NCBI GenBank assembly: GCA_964019335.1 | Contig: OZ025740.1 | Span: 334,859-398,858 of the forward strand | Direction: 5' to 3' | DNA length: 64,000 bases | Source: Diplonema japonicum | Taxonomy: Eukaryota; Protista; Euglenozoa: Diplonemea | Part shown: one piece after another, positions 32,420 to 44,332 of the stretch | Numbering within the stretch: the stretch's first letter is position 1 | Layout of the letters: each line of letters starts with the position of its first letter | Made by a program: the position numbers and the translations under genes | The notes under the pieces: generated by a model | What the model saw: the letters and a program-made list of their open reading frames with translations, nothing else | Databases searched by the model: none | What the model was told of the DNA's origin: nothing

Positions 32420-34028
32420 CCGGCTTATAAATAGTGTCCTTGACGGTGAGAACTCTGTTGTTCCTTGGTTTTGTTTTATCAAGCTGTTCTCCTTGTCGTG
32501 GCGTTGCAAGCATGGCAAAGGGCTTGGGCTCCCCGTGTCTGGGGTCCCTTCACCTTGCTGTGGGGATGCAGCCACGGCACCCACAAGAACCAGCCAGCTA
32601 GAAATCAACTGAGGCAAAAGCATGTTTTCAGTTCCCCGGGTTACTTTCAGTTATAATACCCAACAAACAAAGCTGACTGCTGCATGATGTTCCGACACGG
32701 CACGGTAGGGGCTGGGGGATCCCAATTAGGTGTCCTGTTCCTTGCTGTTGCACCATATGGTCGGTTTTGCATCTAATGAGGTGACCATTGGCAGCGAGAA
32801 TTCTGTTACCCTGGTTTTTGTTTTTTTCAAGTTGTTGCCACATGTCGTGGCGTTGCGTGCTTATCTTTTTTTTTTGTTTTAAAGCTCCAAGCGTATGATG
32901 TTCCGTCACAGCATGGCAGGGGCTGGGGGATGCCATTAGGTATCCTGTTCCTTGCTGTTGCATCAATGTCGGATGCATCTATGATGAGGTGATGAGGCAG
33001 CGAGATGTCCTTTTTCGTCTTTTTTGTTTTTATGGCATTACAAACATGGCAAGGGGCAGCAAGAATTCTGTTGTTCCTTGGATTTGTTTTTATTATTTTT
33101 TCAAGCTGTTGCCACTTGTTGTGGCGTTGCAAGCATGGCAAAGGGCTTGACCCCCCCCCCCCCCCCCCGTGTCTGGGGTCCTTTCATCCTTGCTGTGGTA
33201 GGAGCCACAAGAACCAGCCAGCTAGATATCAACTGAGGCAAAAGCATTCAGTTCTCCCCAGTACTTTCAGTTATTATACCCAACAAAGCTGACTGCTGCA
33301 TGATGTTCCGACACGGCACGGTAGGGGCTGGGGGATCCCAATTAGGTGTCCTGTTCCTTGCTGTTGCACCATATGGTCGGTTTTGCATCTAATGAGGTGA
33401 CCATTGGCAGCGAGAATTCTGTTACCCTGGTTTTTGTTTTTTTCAAGTTGTTACCACATGTCGTGGCGTTGCAGGGCTTGGGCTCCCCGTGTCTGGGGTC
33501 CCTTCACCCTTGCTGAGGTAGGATGCAGCCACGGCACCCACAAGAACCAGCCAGCTAGATATCAACTGAGGCAAAAGCATGCTTTCAGTTCTCCCCGGTT
33601 TACTTTCAGTTATAATACCCAACAAAGCTGACTGCTGCATGATGTTCCGACACGGCACGGTAGGGGCTGGGGGATCCCAATTAGGTGTCCTGTTCCTTGC
33701 TGTTGCACCATATGGTCGGTTTTGCATCTAATGAGGTGACCATTGGCAGCAAGAACTCCGTTCCTAGTTTTTTTGTTTTTATCATGTTGTCGTGGCATTG
33801 CAAGCATGGCAAAGGGCTTGGGTCCCGCTATCTTTTTTTTTGTTTTAAAGCTCCAAGCGTATGATGTTCCGTCACAGCATGGCAGGGGCTGGGGGATGCC
33901 ATTAGGTATCCTGTTCCTTGCTGTTGCATCAATGTCGGATGCATCTATGATGAGGTGATGAGGCAGCGAGATGTCCTTTTTGTTTTTATGGCATTGCAAA
34001 CATGGCAAGGAGCAGCGATGATTCTGTT

Positions 34029-34065
<37 letters not shown>

Positions 34066-34637
34066 TGAACAAGAAAAACAACATAATATTATTGATAATG
34101 AATTGTTATTGCTAAAAAGAGTAGTGGTAGCATTGTTGGGCTTATCCTTCTACAGGTTAACCCCCCTGCTGTGCACAAACAAAAAATTTACCCGCCAGCT
34201 AGATATCAACTGAGGCAAAATACCCAACAAACAAAGCTGACTGCTGCATGATGTTCCGACACGGCACGGTAGGGGCTGGGGGATCCCAATTAGGTGTCCT
34301 GTTCCTTGCTGTTGCACCATATGGTCGGTTTTGCATCTAATGAGGTGACCATTGGCAGCAAGAACTCCGTTCCTAGTTTTTTTGTTTTTATCATGTTGTC
34401 GTGGCATTGCAAGCATGGCAAAGGGCTTGGGTCCCGCTATCTTTTTTTTTGTTTTAAAGCTCCAAGCGTATGATGTTCCGTCACAGCATGGCAGGGGCTG
34501 GGGGATGCCATTAGGTATCCTGTTCCTTGCTGTTGCATCAATGTCGGATGCATCTATGATGAGGTGATGAGGCAGCGAGATGTCCTTTTTGTTTTTATGG
34601 CATTGCAAACATGGCAAGGAGCAGCGATGATTCTGTT

Positions 34638-34674
<37 letters not shown>

Positions 34675-35826
34675 TGAACAAGAAAAACAACATAATATTA
34701 TTGATAATGAATTGTTATTGCTAAAAAGAGTAGTGGTAGCATTGTTGGGCTTATCCTTCTACAGGTTAACCCCCCTGCTGTGCACAAACAAAAAATTTAC
34801 CCGCCAGCTAGATATCAACTGAGGCAAAATACCCAACAAACAAAGCTGACTGCTGCATGATGTTCCGACACGGCACGGTAGGGGCTGGGGGATCCCAATT
34901 AGGTGTCCTGTTCCTTGCTGTTGCACTAATCTCGGTTTGCATCTAATAAGTGTCCATTGGCAGCGAGAAAATCCTCGAAGTTTTGTGTTCCTTTCCCCCT
35001 GCACACTGAAACCTTATCGAATTTATGTTTTTATCACACTGTTCACACGCGGGATGCACCCACGGGGTGTTGTGCAATTTCCGGCAGCTTGGAGAGAGCC
35101 AACAAGGTTTGCAGAAAACGACGGATGAGACGCCCTTTCCCCGCGGACGGGGCCAAGGGTCAGGTCGGAGGCAAGCCTGCGATAGGTTTCAGCAGTTTAC
35201 TTTGAGTTATATTTTTAAAGCTGACTGCTGCATGATGTTCCGACACGGCACGGTAGGGGCTGGGGGATCCCAATTAGGTGTCCTGTTCCTTGCTGTTGCA
35301 CCATATGATCGGTTTTGCATCTAATGAGGTGACCATTGGCAGCGAGAATTCTTTTCCTGATTTTTTTAGGCGATCCTGTCACATACTGCAGGTTCCCTCA
35401 AAGACATCTTTTTTGTTTTTTTCAAGTTGTTACCACATGTCGTGGCGTTGCAGGGCTTGGGCTCCCCGTGTCTGGGGTCCCTTCACCCTTGCTGTGTGGT
35501 AGGATGTTTTCAGTTCCCCGGTTTACTTTCAGTTAAAATACCCAACAAACAAAGCTGACTGCTGCATGATGTTCCGACACGGCACGGTAGGGGCTGGGGG
35601 ATCCCAATTAGGTGTCCTGTTCCTTGCTGTTGCACCACATGATCGGTTTTGCATCTAATGAGGTGACCATTGGCAGCGAGAATTCTTTTCCTGATTTTTA
35701 TTTTTTTTTCAAAGCTGTTGCCACATGTCGCGACACGGCAAAGGGTTTGGGTCCCGCTATTTCTTGTTTATTTAAAAGGGTATGGTGTTCCAACACGGCA
35801 TGGCAGGGGCTCTCATTAGGTGTAGC
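32420..35826. repeat. Modular repeat array: ~135-bp modules A and A', ~150-bp module B, plus captured small repeats
   Basis: About 10 copies of A (gctgactgctgcatgatgttccgacacggcacggtagggg..ggcagcgag) or A' (gctccaagcgtatgatgttccgtcacagc..); a 609-bp higher-order duplication (33743 vs 34352). Confidence 0.9.
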
Positions 35827-35896
35827 TCAGGTACTCCACAGGTGGCAAAGGGAGGAGGAAAAAAAAAAAAAAAAAAAAAAAAAGAAAAAGGAAATA

Positions 35897-36490
35897 ATGA
35901 CAGCTGCTGAGATAGAGCTTACCCGTCTGCGGGAGGCGGAGGCAGACATTCGTGCTAAGATTCGTGAGGTTGAAACCAAGGTAATTGATGAGAAATCACG
36001 CTCCCCTGACCGAGCCAGGCAGTACACCACTGTGGACGGTTCCGTGGGCTTGCAGCCCATCAGGGGCTCAGTCATGGCAGAGAGGGAGGCAAGCTTCGAC
36101 CCTTCCCCGAGAAGAACCCGCAGAGGTGACAGCGAGATACCCAACACCTTCACAGGAAAGGTGCTTTGCAGAGATGAGTTTGGGTCGATCTCTCCTAAGA
36201 GAGAATACACCGACAGTACCTCACCTCTGAAGGCAAGCCCGGTGAACCCCACTACCCAGAAGCAGACACGTGCTGGGCTGTGGGATCAAGGAAAGGGGGC
36301 AAAAACACCTCAAAACTCCGTCCGTATGTTTTTGCTTTTCTTTTTTTTTTTTTTTTTTTTTTAAAGGGTAAAAGGTTTTTTTGTGATTTTGGTGGGGGGA
36401 ACAAAAAAAAGAAATAACACAGCTTCAGCTCACAAGCGTACCTACCGTTCTTATGGTGACACCGAGAGGGCAGTACCTCCTCCTTTTTAG
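35897..36490 (+). CDS. Hypothetical ~165-aa protein, two exons (35897-36323, 36423-36490)
   Basis: ATG after poly-A; N-terminal coiled coil; GTATGT...CACAG intron at 36324-36422 gives in-frame ...NSVPSAHKRTYRSYGDTERAVPPPF*. Confidence 0.7.
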
Positions 36491-36984
36491 AATTGAGAGG
36501 AATGTTTTTACTTTTTTATTGTTGTTGTAAGTACCAAAAAAAAGGACCCCCCCCAATCCACTTTCGCCTCCCAACTTTATTTTCTTTTACCCCCGCCCCT
36601 TTCTTGTTTTATTTTTTACTGTGTTAAGCTACCTTGCCCCCCCCCCCCCCCCCCCCCCCTTCCTTTTTTTCGGAAAAAAAATAAAACCCTCCTGTATACG
36701 TTTTTTCTTCTTTTCTTCTTCTTCTTTTTTTTCTTTTCTCCAACAAAAAAACAAAAGTCAGTTGATGCAGTTTGTGCCCCGCCGTGAACGTCTTCTCCGC
36801 CTTCTTCAGGGTGGCCTTCAAGCAGGAGGTACTACCTATTTTTATACAACGACTGCAATTGTACCGCTGTGACTCTTTTCACACCCAGGAACACGCAATC
36901 CTCTACCGGATGAGCCTTCTCTCGTGGAGTGGGTACTCCATAACGGAGAGAAGCTCGAGCTTCTCACCCTCGATAGGGATAGCC

Positions 36985-37070
36985 GGGGGTTAACCTGTAG
37001 AAGGATAAGCCCAACAATGCCACCACTACTCCTTTTAGCACTAACAATTCATTGTCAATATATCCTTGTT

Positions 37071-37116
<46 letters not shown>
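36985..37116 (+). mobile_element. ~100-bp poly(A)-tailed short interspersed repeat
   Basis: gggggttaacctgtagaaggataagcccaacaatg..cttgttc(a)n; inverted copies at ~34033-34176, 34642-34785, 52340-52482 and 44345-44418. Confidence 0.6.
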
Positions 37117-37118
<2 letters not shown>

Positions 37119-37139
37119 CAGCACACAAGAAAAAAAAAA

Positions 37140-38399
37140 ATGTTTCAATACCTACCACCTACTGGGAGTGCGCTGGTTGCGTGTGATGTCAATACGCCGC
37201 CTGCAAAGGTGGCAGGATGCCTGCGATTAGTGTGTCTATCCGACACGCACTTGCAAGAGGAGAAGTTTGCGGTCCCAGCCGGGGATGTGCTGATTCACAG
37301 CGGGGACATACTGCTTCAGAGCTCTGAGCACAGTGCGGAACATGCCGACCAACACTTCAGGAAGTTCTGCAAATGGCTGGAAGCGCAGCCGCACGAGAAG
37401 GTCATCGTGGTGTGCGGCAACCACGACGCCAAGCTCCTCGACTTTGGCAAGCACTACATGCAGGAGACCCTTCCGAAGAAAGCTACTTACCTTGAGAACG
37501 AGACAACCACAATCTCAGGGCTCACCTTCTTCGGCTCCCCCCACAGCGTGGGAGGGTCTACCAACTACGCATGGCAGCGCAGATCTGCCAAAGGGCTGTG
37601 GGATGACATCCCCTCCGAGGTCGATGTTGTGATCTCGCACGGCCCCGCGTACGTCAAGGGGCACTGCAAGTTCTCCAAGGAACCAGAATGGATCGCCGCG
37701 TTGCAGGACTCGAAAGCCTCGTATCACATCTGCGGGCACCTTCACTGGGCATACGGCTTGCTGCATCTTCCCGCCAACGATCCTTCAACTTTGATATCTT
37801 GCGTCTGTGCCTCCAGCATGGACGGCTCGTACCAACCCACCAACCAGGCAGTCGTCATCGATGTGCCTGTGAACCGGTCGGAACGCATCCACCCGCTCAG
37901 CCCGATCGGGAAGAAGGTGTTACTGTTCTGCGTGAACCGCAACAAGGATTATGACACTATCATATACGTGTTGAGAAAGACCTTGCAGACGCTGTTCACC
38001 GTGTACATAGCTAAGGGACCTGAAGATGCGGCAAGTGTTGTGTCGAAAGTGCACAGTGAGGGGAGAACCGTCGCTGCCTTCATCGGATTCGGCGAGGATT
38101 CCATCGGAGTCTTGGAGTGCTTCAAAGGCTACGGGACGCCGCCCCACATAACGGTGATGAGCCGGTACTGTTGCGGGTCGGGGGAGAAGCGAAAGCGTGC
38201 GCACTCACGTGGTGTCCACCTTGTTGCCTACAAGGACTCAGCGGAGAACGACATTGCAGGGTTCTGTTGTCTTGCCTATGATGTCGGGCGTACTGCGGCC
38301 CCTGCACAGCTGTCCATTCGTAGCAGTAATGTGTCGTTTATGCATCCTGTGATAAAGGCATGCAGACATCCCGTCCTTGCCCCTGGGGTTAGCATTTGA
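37140..38399 (+). CDS. Calcineurin-like metallophosphoesterase (MPPED1/2-like) with C-terminal extension
   Basis: LSDTH, HSGD, GNHD, SHGP and GHLH motifs; likely start is the ATG at 37140 after the poly-A run. Confidence 0.85.
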   Translation: MFQYLPPTGSALVACDVNTPPAKVAGCLRLVCLSDTHLQEEKFAVPAGDVLIHSGDILLQSSEHSAEHADQHFRKFCKWLEAQPHEKVIVVCGNHDAKLLDFGKHYMQETLPKKATYLENETTTISGLTFFGSPHSVGGSTNYAWQRRSAKGLWDDIPSEVDVVISHGPAYVKGHCKFSKEPEWIAALQDSKASYHICGHLHWAYGLLHLPANDPSTLISCVCASSMDGSYQPTNQAVVIDVPVNRSERIHPLSPIGKKVLLFCVNRNKDYDTIIYVLRKTLQTLFTVYIAKGPEDAASVVSKVHSEGRTVAAFIGFGEDSIGVLECFKGYGTPPHITVMSRYCCGSGEKRKRAHSRGVHLVAYKDSAENDIAGFCCLAYDVGRTAAPAQLSIRSSNVSFMHPVIKACRHPVLAPGVSI

Positions 38400-38989
38400 A
38401 TAATTTCTGCGCTTTTTTTCCCCTATTTTTTTTTTCCCTTCTGAACAACAATACGGTGCTGTAAACCAAGAAGTCAAAGATAACCGGGAAAACTAATTTC
38501 CCAATTTCCCCTCCCACTATTTTTTGGGTGAATTATTGGAGTTTTTCGTTTTTGTTTTGATGTTGGTGTGTGTACATGGTTCCTCGTCTAGCCTACCTTC
38601 ATTAACCCCAAGAAGTATCCCAGCGTGTCTTGGTTGGAGCCAAACAGGGCGTAAAACTCCCCCGAAAAAGATTTCACTACGAATCACAATTCTTTTCTTG
38701 GTTTACAGTATTGCTATAAAAAGAAAAAAAAGGGTCGAGGCACCCCCCCCCCGACTTTTGCACAAACAACTCTTTTTTTCTTTTTTCCCGTTCTCTCTGC
38801 TTCTTTATCCCTATCCTGCTTTTTTCCGTCTCCATATTACCCTGAGAATCGGAATTCTTTTATTTCCTTCGCCTTTTTCGGGTTTGCGGGCTTTCTATTT
38901 TTTCTTCTGCTTCCCGTTTCTTTTCCTTATGTGTTTTTTTTTTTTCCCCCCCCTCCAATTTATTTTCGCCCCTTTCCTCAGGTCCCTTC

Positions 38990-41900
38990 ATGTGGCTACT
39001 ACTTCTGGCGCTGCTCGGCCGGTGTGCTGCCCAGGGCGTCCTGACCCCATATAAGGTGGGCACACCCGTCACGGAGGATCTTAAGAATAAATGTTTCGAT
39101 ACCGAATCGTGGTGCAGATGCTCTACAGGGATGATGACGGGGGTTGAGAGGACAGACTGCAACGCTCTGAGGTGCTTGGATGGGTTCAAGTGTGCTACGA
39201 CTGAGGTGGACATGCAGATCCAGGATTGCGAGGAGGTGACCATCGACCTCGACCAGCCTCTCTCAAACGGGAAGTGCCCCAGTGGGAAGCTCATGCGGGG
39301 GATGCACCGTACTTCTTGCGAGGCAATCAACTGCATAGATAAGATCGAATGTTGCTCCTTGGTCCCCACAGCAGGGGGCTTCACGACCCTCGGTACCCGT
39401 TACATAAACGATTGGACCACCTGCCTTGACAACTGGTACACGTGGTGCACTGTGCCTAAGGACGGCTTCATGGTGGGTATCCAGCGAGGCACCTACAGCA
39501 GCGGTGTCCTCCTTTCTGCATTGGACCATGCTTACTTTGTTTCTGTCCATTACAGCCCTCCCACACCCTCTCCTCCAACAGACGCTCCGCCTACAATGGT
39601 GCCCCCGACAAGTTCTCCTCTCACTGCCTCACCTCAGACAGACGCACCTCAGACAGACGCACCCCAGACAGACGTACCCCAGACAGACGCACCTCAGACA
39701 ACCTCACCTCAGACAGATGCACCTCAGACAACCTCACCTCAGACAGACGCACCCCAGACAGACGTACCCCAGACAACCTCACCTCAGACAGATGCTCCTC
39801 AGACAACCTCACCTTCGACCGCATCCCCTCAGACAGGCTCACCTCAGACAGATGCACCTCAGACAGACGCACCTCAGACAACCTCACCTCAGACAGACGC
39901 ACCCCAGACAACCTCACCTCAGACAGATGCACCTCAGACAGATGCACCTCAGACAACCTCACCTCAGACAGATGCTCCTCAGACAGATGCACCTCAGACA
40001 GCCTCACCTTCGACTGCATCCCCTCAGACAGGCTCACCTCCAACCGCATCCCCTCCTACAACAGCCCCGCTCACATCTGCGCCTTCGACAGCAGCGCCTT
40101 CCACACAAACCCCGCCCACCATGGCAACCCCGACGGACGCGCCCCCGACACCCTTCCCTCTTTCCCCGTCACCCTCTACTGTGGCGCCCAAAACACAAGC
40201 CCCTGCCACAGTGGCACCAGTGACATCTTCTCCTCTCACAACAGTACCTTCCACTACGCCGCCCGTGACGTCCGTCCTTCCAACAAACCCGCCGCAAACA
40301 GGAGCCCCTCTTACCGTGGTGCCCACCACTGCATCTCCTGATACAGTTGCACCGCAAACACTGGTCCCCTTCACGGTGACACCTGCTACTAGGGCTCCTT
40401 CCACAACAGCGCCTTCGCCCTCTCCTCAGACACTCTCCCCTCAAACCCCCTCCCCTCAGACTCCCTCCCCTCAGACGCCCACACCGCAAACCGAAACTCC
40501 CACCGCGGCTCCTGCTGCGATTCCTCCCTCTGCGGTGCCACTCACTGCAGCCCCTCCTACAGTGGCCCTTCCCACAGTGGCCCCTCCCACTGCAGCCCCT
40601 CCCACAGTGGCCCCTTCTACTACGGCTCCGCTCGCAGTTCCACCGACGACAATATCGCCCTCTACAGCAGCTCCCACTGCTCCTGCCATAGCACCGAGCA
40701 CCGCAGCGCCCACAACGTTCGTTCCCACCGTGCCGGTGACAACAGCAGTACCACAGACATCGGCAAATCCTACAATGACACCGTCGACCCAGCCCCCCGC
40801 CACTGGTTCCCCATCTACGAAGGTCCCTTCCACTACTCCACAAACCGTCTCGCCCCCTGCTGCCGTGTCGAAAACGGAAGTACCCAGCCCTGCCCCCTTG
40901 CCGCGTGTTAATATCAGCAGCCAGATCGATGCTGTCGACACTGCAGGGAAGTTCGCAGCAGGGGCGTGGGCACTGTCCGTGATGTCAGGGAGCAGTGGGC
41001 AAGGCGTGCTGACCCAGAAGGTGGCCATCATCGCGACGGGTCTGGAGTGCATCGTACCCGGGGAGCACGAGGCAGACATGCCCTTTTTAATCCACCCATT
41101 GGGGTTCAAGATAGACGGCAACGTGCACGCAGGGTGCGTCGTGGGCAACACCTTCCTCTCAGGTTTCGTCATCATCGTGTGCTACTTGGTCTTGCGCACC
41201 TTCTCATACGCCACGTACTTCTCGTGGATCGACGTGGCATCGTGGGTTAGGGTCCCGAGTGTCGGGCTTGTCCCGGTTTTGTACCTTTTCCCTGGGTTGC
41301 TGCAGAGCTCGCTGGACCTCATATTGTACCCGAAAGGCTTTGCGATGGCGGCGATAGGGATCATGGGGGGGGCATACTGCACAGGGATGATGTGGGTGCT
41401 GTGGAAGTGCACCGCGAGACAGGGCTTCAGGTCGACCTACGACCCTGTGTCGAAGCAGTGGGAGTCCAACGACCACGACAAGCACACGGAGAGGTACGGG
41501 GTCATCTTCGACGACTACCGTGGGGACAGCGACTGCATGCCTTGCGGGAGGTACGCCATGATGGAGTTCGGGCACGTCATCCCCTTCGCCTTCGTCGCCA
41601 CCATCCGCACCACGACCATGCCGCACTGCGGAATGAAGTTCGGGACATTAGGGATTATCCTTCTGATTGTCGCGCTGCACTGTCTCAAGACGCAGCCCTA
41701 CATCAGCCCGCTGCTCAACAGCCTCATGGTCATCATCCACCTCGCCCCTTCTATCGGGCTGCTGTTGTTCACAACATCGTTTTTCTCGGGCAACCGGAAC
41801 CACTGGGGGTTCGCTACGGGTGCTTGGTGTCTTTTCATCAGCATGCAGCTGTGCATTGTGCGGTCTGTTTACGATGTTGTCATCCTGCTGAAGCGTGTGT

Positions 41901-42172
41901 ACCTGCGCCGCAAGGCTAAGCAGCTGAGCTCCGCAGATGCCGAGGGCGAAGAAGTTGAGCCTACCGCTGCTGACTACGTACTCCTCGAAGAAGAGCCTTC
42001 CCCGATCTTCCTGTCCAATGTGTCAATGGTATCGGCGTCTTCTGTCGGGGCAGGAGAGCTAACTGGGCTACCTCAAATGGGAAGGGCACGGAGAGCATCC
42101 GAGTCCTCGTCATCGGTCAGCGCGACAGAGTCGAGGCGGGGCAGCATGTGGGGCAAGGTCATGTATTTGTAA
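38990..42172 (+). CDS. Surface protein: signal peptide, triplicated Cys-rich domain, QTDAP/QTTSP mucin stalk, multi-pass (~7-8 TM) C-terminal domain
   Basis: Three C..G.M.G..R repeats; 15-bp coding tandem repeat at 39625-40040; HPLGF..AGCVVGN then hydrophobic helices, reminiscent of euglenozoan DGF-1-like membrane domains. Confidence 0.85.
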   Translation: MWLLLLALLGRCAAQGVLTPYKVGTPVTEDLKNKCFDTESWCRCSTGMMTGVERTDCNALRCLDGFKCATTEVDMQIQDCEEVTIDLDQPLSNGKCPSGKLMRGMHRTSCEAINCIDKIECCSLVPTAGGFTTLGTRYINDWTTCLDNWYTWCTVPKDGFMVGIQRGTYSSGVLLSALDHAYFVSVHYSPPTPSPPTDAPPTMVPPTSSPLTASPQTDAPQTDAPQTDVPQTDAPQTTSPQTDAPQTTSPQTDAPQTDVPQTTSPQTDAPQTTSPSTASPQTGSPQTDAPQTDAPQTTSPQTDAPQTTSPQTDAPQTDAPQTTSPQTDAPQTDAPQTASPSTASPQTGSPPTASPPTTAPLTSAPSTAAPSTQTPPTMATPTDAPPTPFPLSPSPSTVAPKTQAPATVAPVTSSPLTTVPSTTPPVTSVLPTNPPQTGAPLTVVPTTASPDTVAPQTLVPFTVTPATRAPSTTAPSPSPQTLSPQTPSPQTPSPQTPTPQTETPTAAPAAIPPSAVPLTAAPPTVALPTVAPPTAAPPTVAPSTTAPLAVPPTTISPSTAAPTAPAIAPSTAAPTTFVPTVPVTTAVPQTSANPTMTPSTQPPATGSPSTKVPSTTPQTVSPPAAVSKTEVPSPAPLPRVNISSQIDAVDTAGKFAAGAWALSVMSGSSGQGVLTQKVAIIATGLECIVPGEHEADMPFLIHPLGFKIDGNVHAGCVVGNTFLSGFVIIVCYLVLRTFSYATYFSWIDVASWVRVPSVGLVPVLYLFPGLLQSSLDLILYPKGFAMAAIGIMGGAYCTGMMWVLWKCTARQGFRSTYDPVSKQWESNDHDKHTERYGVIFDDYRGDSDCMPCGRYAMMEFGHVIPFAFVATIRTTTMPHCGMKFGTLGIILLIVALHCLKTQPYISPLLNSLMVIIHLAPSIGLLLFTTSFFSGNRNHWGFATGAWCLFISMQLCIVRSVYDVVILLKRVYLRRKAKQLSSADAEGEEVEPTAADYVLLEEEPSPIFLSNVSMVSASSVGAGELTGLPQMGRARRASESSSSVSATESRRGSMWGKVMYL

Positions 42173-42234
42173 AAGTAAGTGGCTTTGTTTTTTTTTTATA
42201 AAGGAGGCCCTTGGCCCCTTTTTTTTTCGCTAAA

Positions 42235-42288
<54 letters not shown>

Positions 42289-42975
42289 TTTTCCCTTTTC
42301 TCCCCCGCTCCTCCCTCGTATTTCTTTTTGTGGTAGTTGCAAAAGAGCGCTAATTGGCTGTATGTACTATGAAAAGCCTTGCGGTGAGTCATTGCTAAAG
42401 TGGATTTTTTTTTTTTTAATTCCCCCCCTTTTTTTTGGGCCGTTGCTAACCACTTCGTTCCTATCATAGTGAATTCTTTTTCACGAGGGGCCCACGTCTT
42501 TCAAATATCGAAGGTGACATCGAGAGTGCAACAACGAGAAAAAAAAAAAAAAAAAAGAAATGGATAATGGTAAACCCCTGTCATTATCTTTTCTTCTTCT
42601 TCTTTCTTTTTCTTTTTCTTTCTTCTTTTTTTTTTTGAGTAAAGGAGAAAAGCAATGGTGAACAATAAAAACCAATATGAGGTACATCCTTTTACTCAGA
42701 CACAAAGGTATACAAGTTATAAATCTTTTTTTTTTTTCCTCTTCTTTTTGGCTGTTCTTTTATAGTCGGTTTCTAGGGAAACCTCTTTCTTTTTCTTTTT
42801 TTTTTTGTCCCGTTGGGGACTGCATGGTGTGGTGTGTGCCTTCAACGCAATTTCTATTTTTATTTTTATGAACCCTTTAGCCGCCAACGATTCTGCGAAG
42901 CAGGTTCTTGTTGGTGGCAATCTCCCTGGCCCATCCAAAGCAATGTCTTGAGTCGGTTTTCTTCAAGAAAAAAAA

Positions 42976-43007
<32 letters not shown>

Positions 43008-43565
43008 AAAAAAAAAAAAAACTATTTCTGCGGGCGATCGAGACCTATAATGTGGAATGACAACTCAGGTTTTAATTATTTTTCAAGTGCTTTACCTCAG
43101 ATAAAAAAAAAAGAAAGAAAAAAAAAAATTAAAAGAAATACCTCAAGACTTTAGCACGATCCGATCTTTTTTTGCCAACAAGGGCACGAAATCGGGAAAA
43201 TCCAATCTATAACCCTCCCCTTTGCTTTCCCCCACCCCCCTCTAATCACGCATTTTCTTTTTTTTTTCTTTCTTTTCGCCCACCCAAAATAAGTTTTTTT
43301 TTTGTTTGTTTGTTTTAACAATATTATTGTCGAGACTAAATACTAGTTTGATGGCAGCGTAATGAGCTATTTTATTAGGTAAAATTCCGCTCGTGGGCAC
43401 AAACAAATGTGTTTTAATTTGTACGATGCCAAAAATCTCCGGATTCAAATTGGGCTGCCTCGGGTTGTGGTGTCAGGCCAACCCACCAAGGCTGTTTTTT
43501 TTTAAAACCTTTTTCTGTGTTGTGGACCCGTCTTACGACGCCCGCTGTTACTTTATGACTAAAGT

Positions 43566-43604
<39 letters not shown>

Positions 43605-43841
43605 GCATACTTTTTTTTCACCCATGGTATGGGGTTCCCTGCCTGTACAATTTCTTTGGGGTCAGGAGCGGTGCACTCCAACCTGGGGCTCACGCAATAA
43701 AAATTTTGCTGCAAGAAAGAAAAAAAAAAAAAAAAAAAGAACCTCTTTCCCCCCCGTTTTTTTAAAGAAGTTTTATTGTGCCCTTCCGTCATATTTCTCT
43801 TTTTTTTTTTCTTCACTCACATGAACAAGAAAAATAGCTAT

Positions 43842-44332
43842 TTATTGCCAACAAATTATGAGTCATTATTTAACTCGAGTTCCCGAATTTTTTGCACGAG
43901 GGCCCTGCAGGCCCTCGTGAGAGTTAAATAATGGCTCATTTGGCGGCAAGTAAGTCGTTTTATTTCACTCTTCGTCATTTGAGTCACTCACTCTTCACTG
44001 ATTTCACTGCTGTTTTTTTTTTCACGCAGGATTTTCCTAAGGTAATATGGGGTTGCTATTTCGCCATGGCATTTAAAGGGGAAGTAAAGCACTCCACTTT
44101 TAAGGGCTGGAATGGCCTCAGATGGCCAAAAATAGTCAAAATACCCCGTCCCCAAAAAAGTTTTTCAAGGGGTTGGGTACATTTTCTTCCACGACAAGAC
44201 CCATTTTTTCACTCTGAAGCCCCATAATTTAACTCCAAAATCTCATAATTTAACTAGTTAAATTATGGCGATTTCGCGTTAAATTATGAGGCCCCTAGTG
44301 AGTGAAGAAAATGACGAAGAGTGAAATAAAAC
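43842..44332. repeat. Foldback/MITE-like inverted repeats
   Basis: 43842-43953 is an imperfect palindrome centred on cacgagggcc-ctgca-ggccctcgtg; gttttatttcactcttcgtcattt (43957) is inverted at 44309-44332; cataatttaac/gttaaattatg repeats at 44223-44290. Confidence 0.7.

Noticed and set aside
32770-32802. Hammerhead core in module A (ctaatgag...cgagaa)
   Set aside because: Core reads CTAATGA and GAGA instead of CTGATGA and GAAA, and stem II does not pair.
32420-35826. CRISPR-like array
   Set aside because: Units are ~135 bp or longer, the intervening sequences are themselves repeated, there are no cas genes, and the context is eukaryotic.
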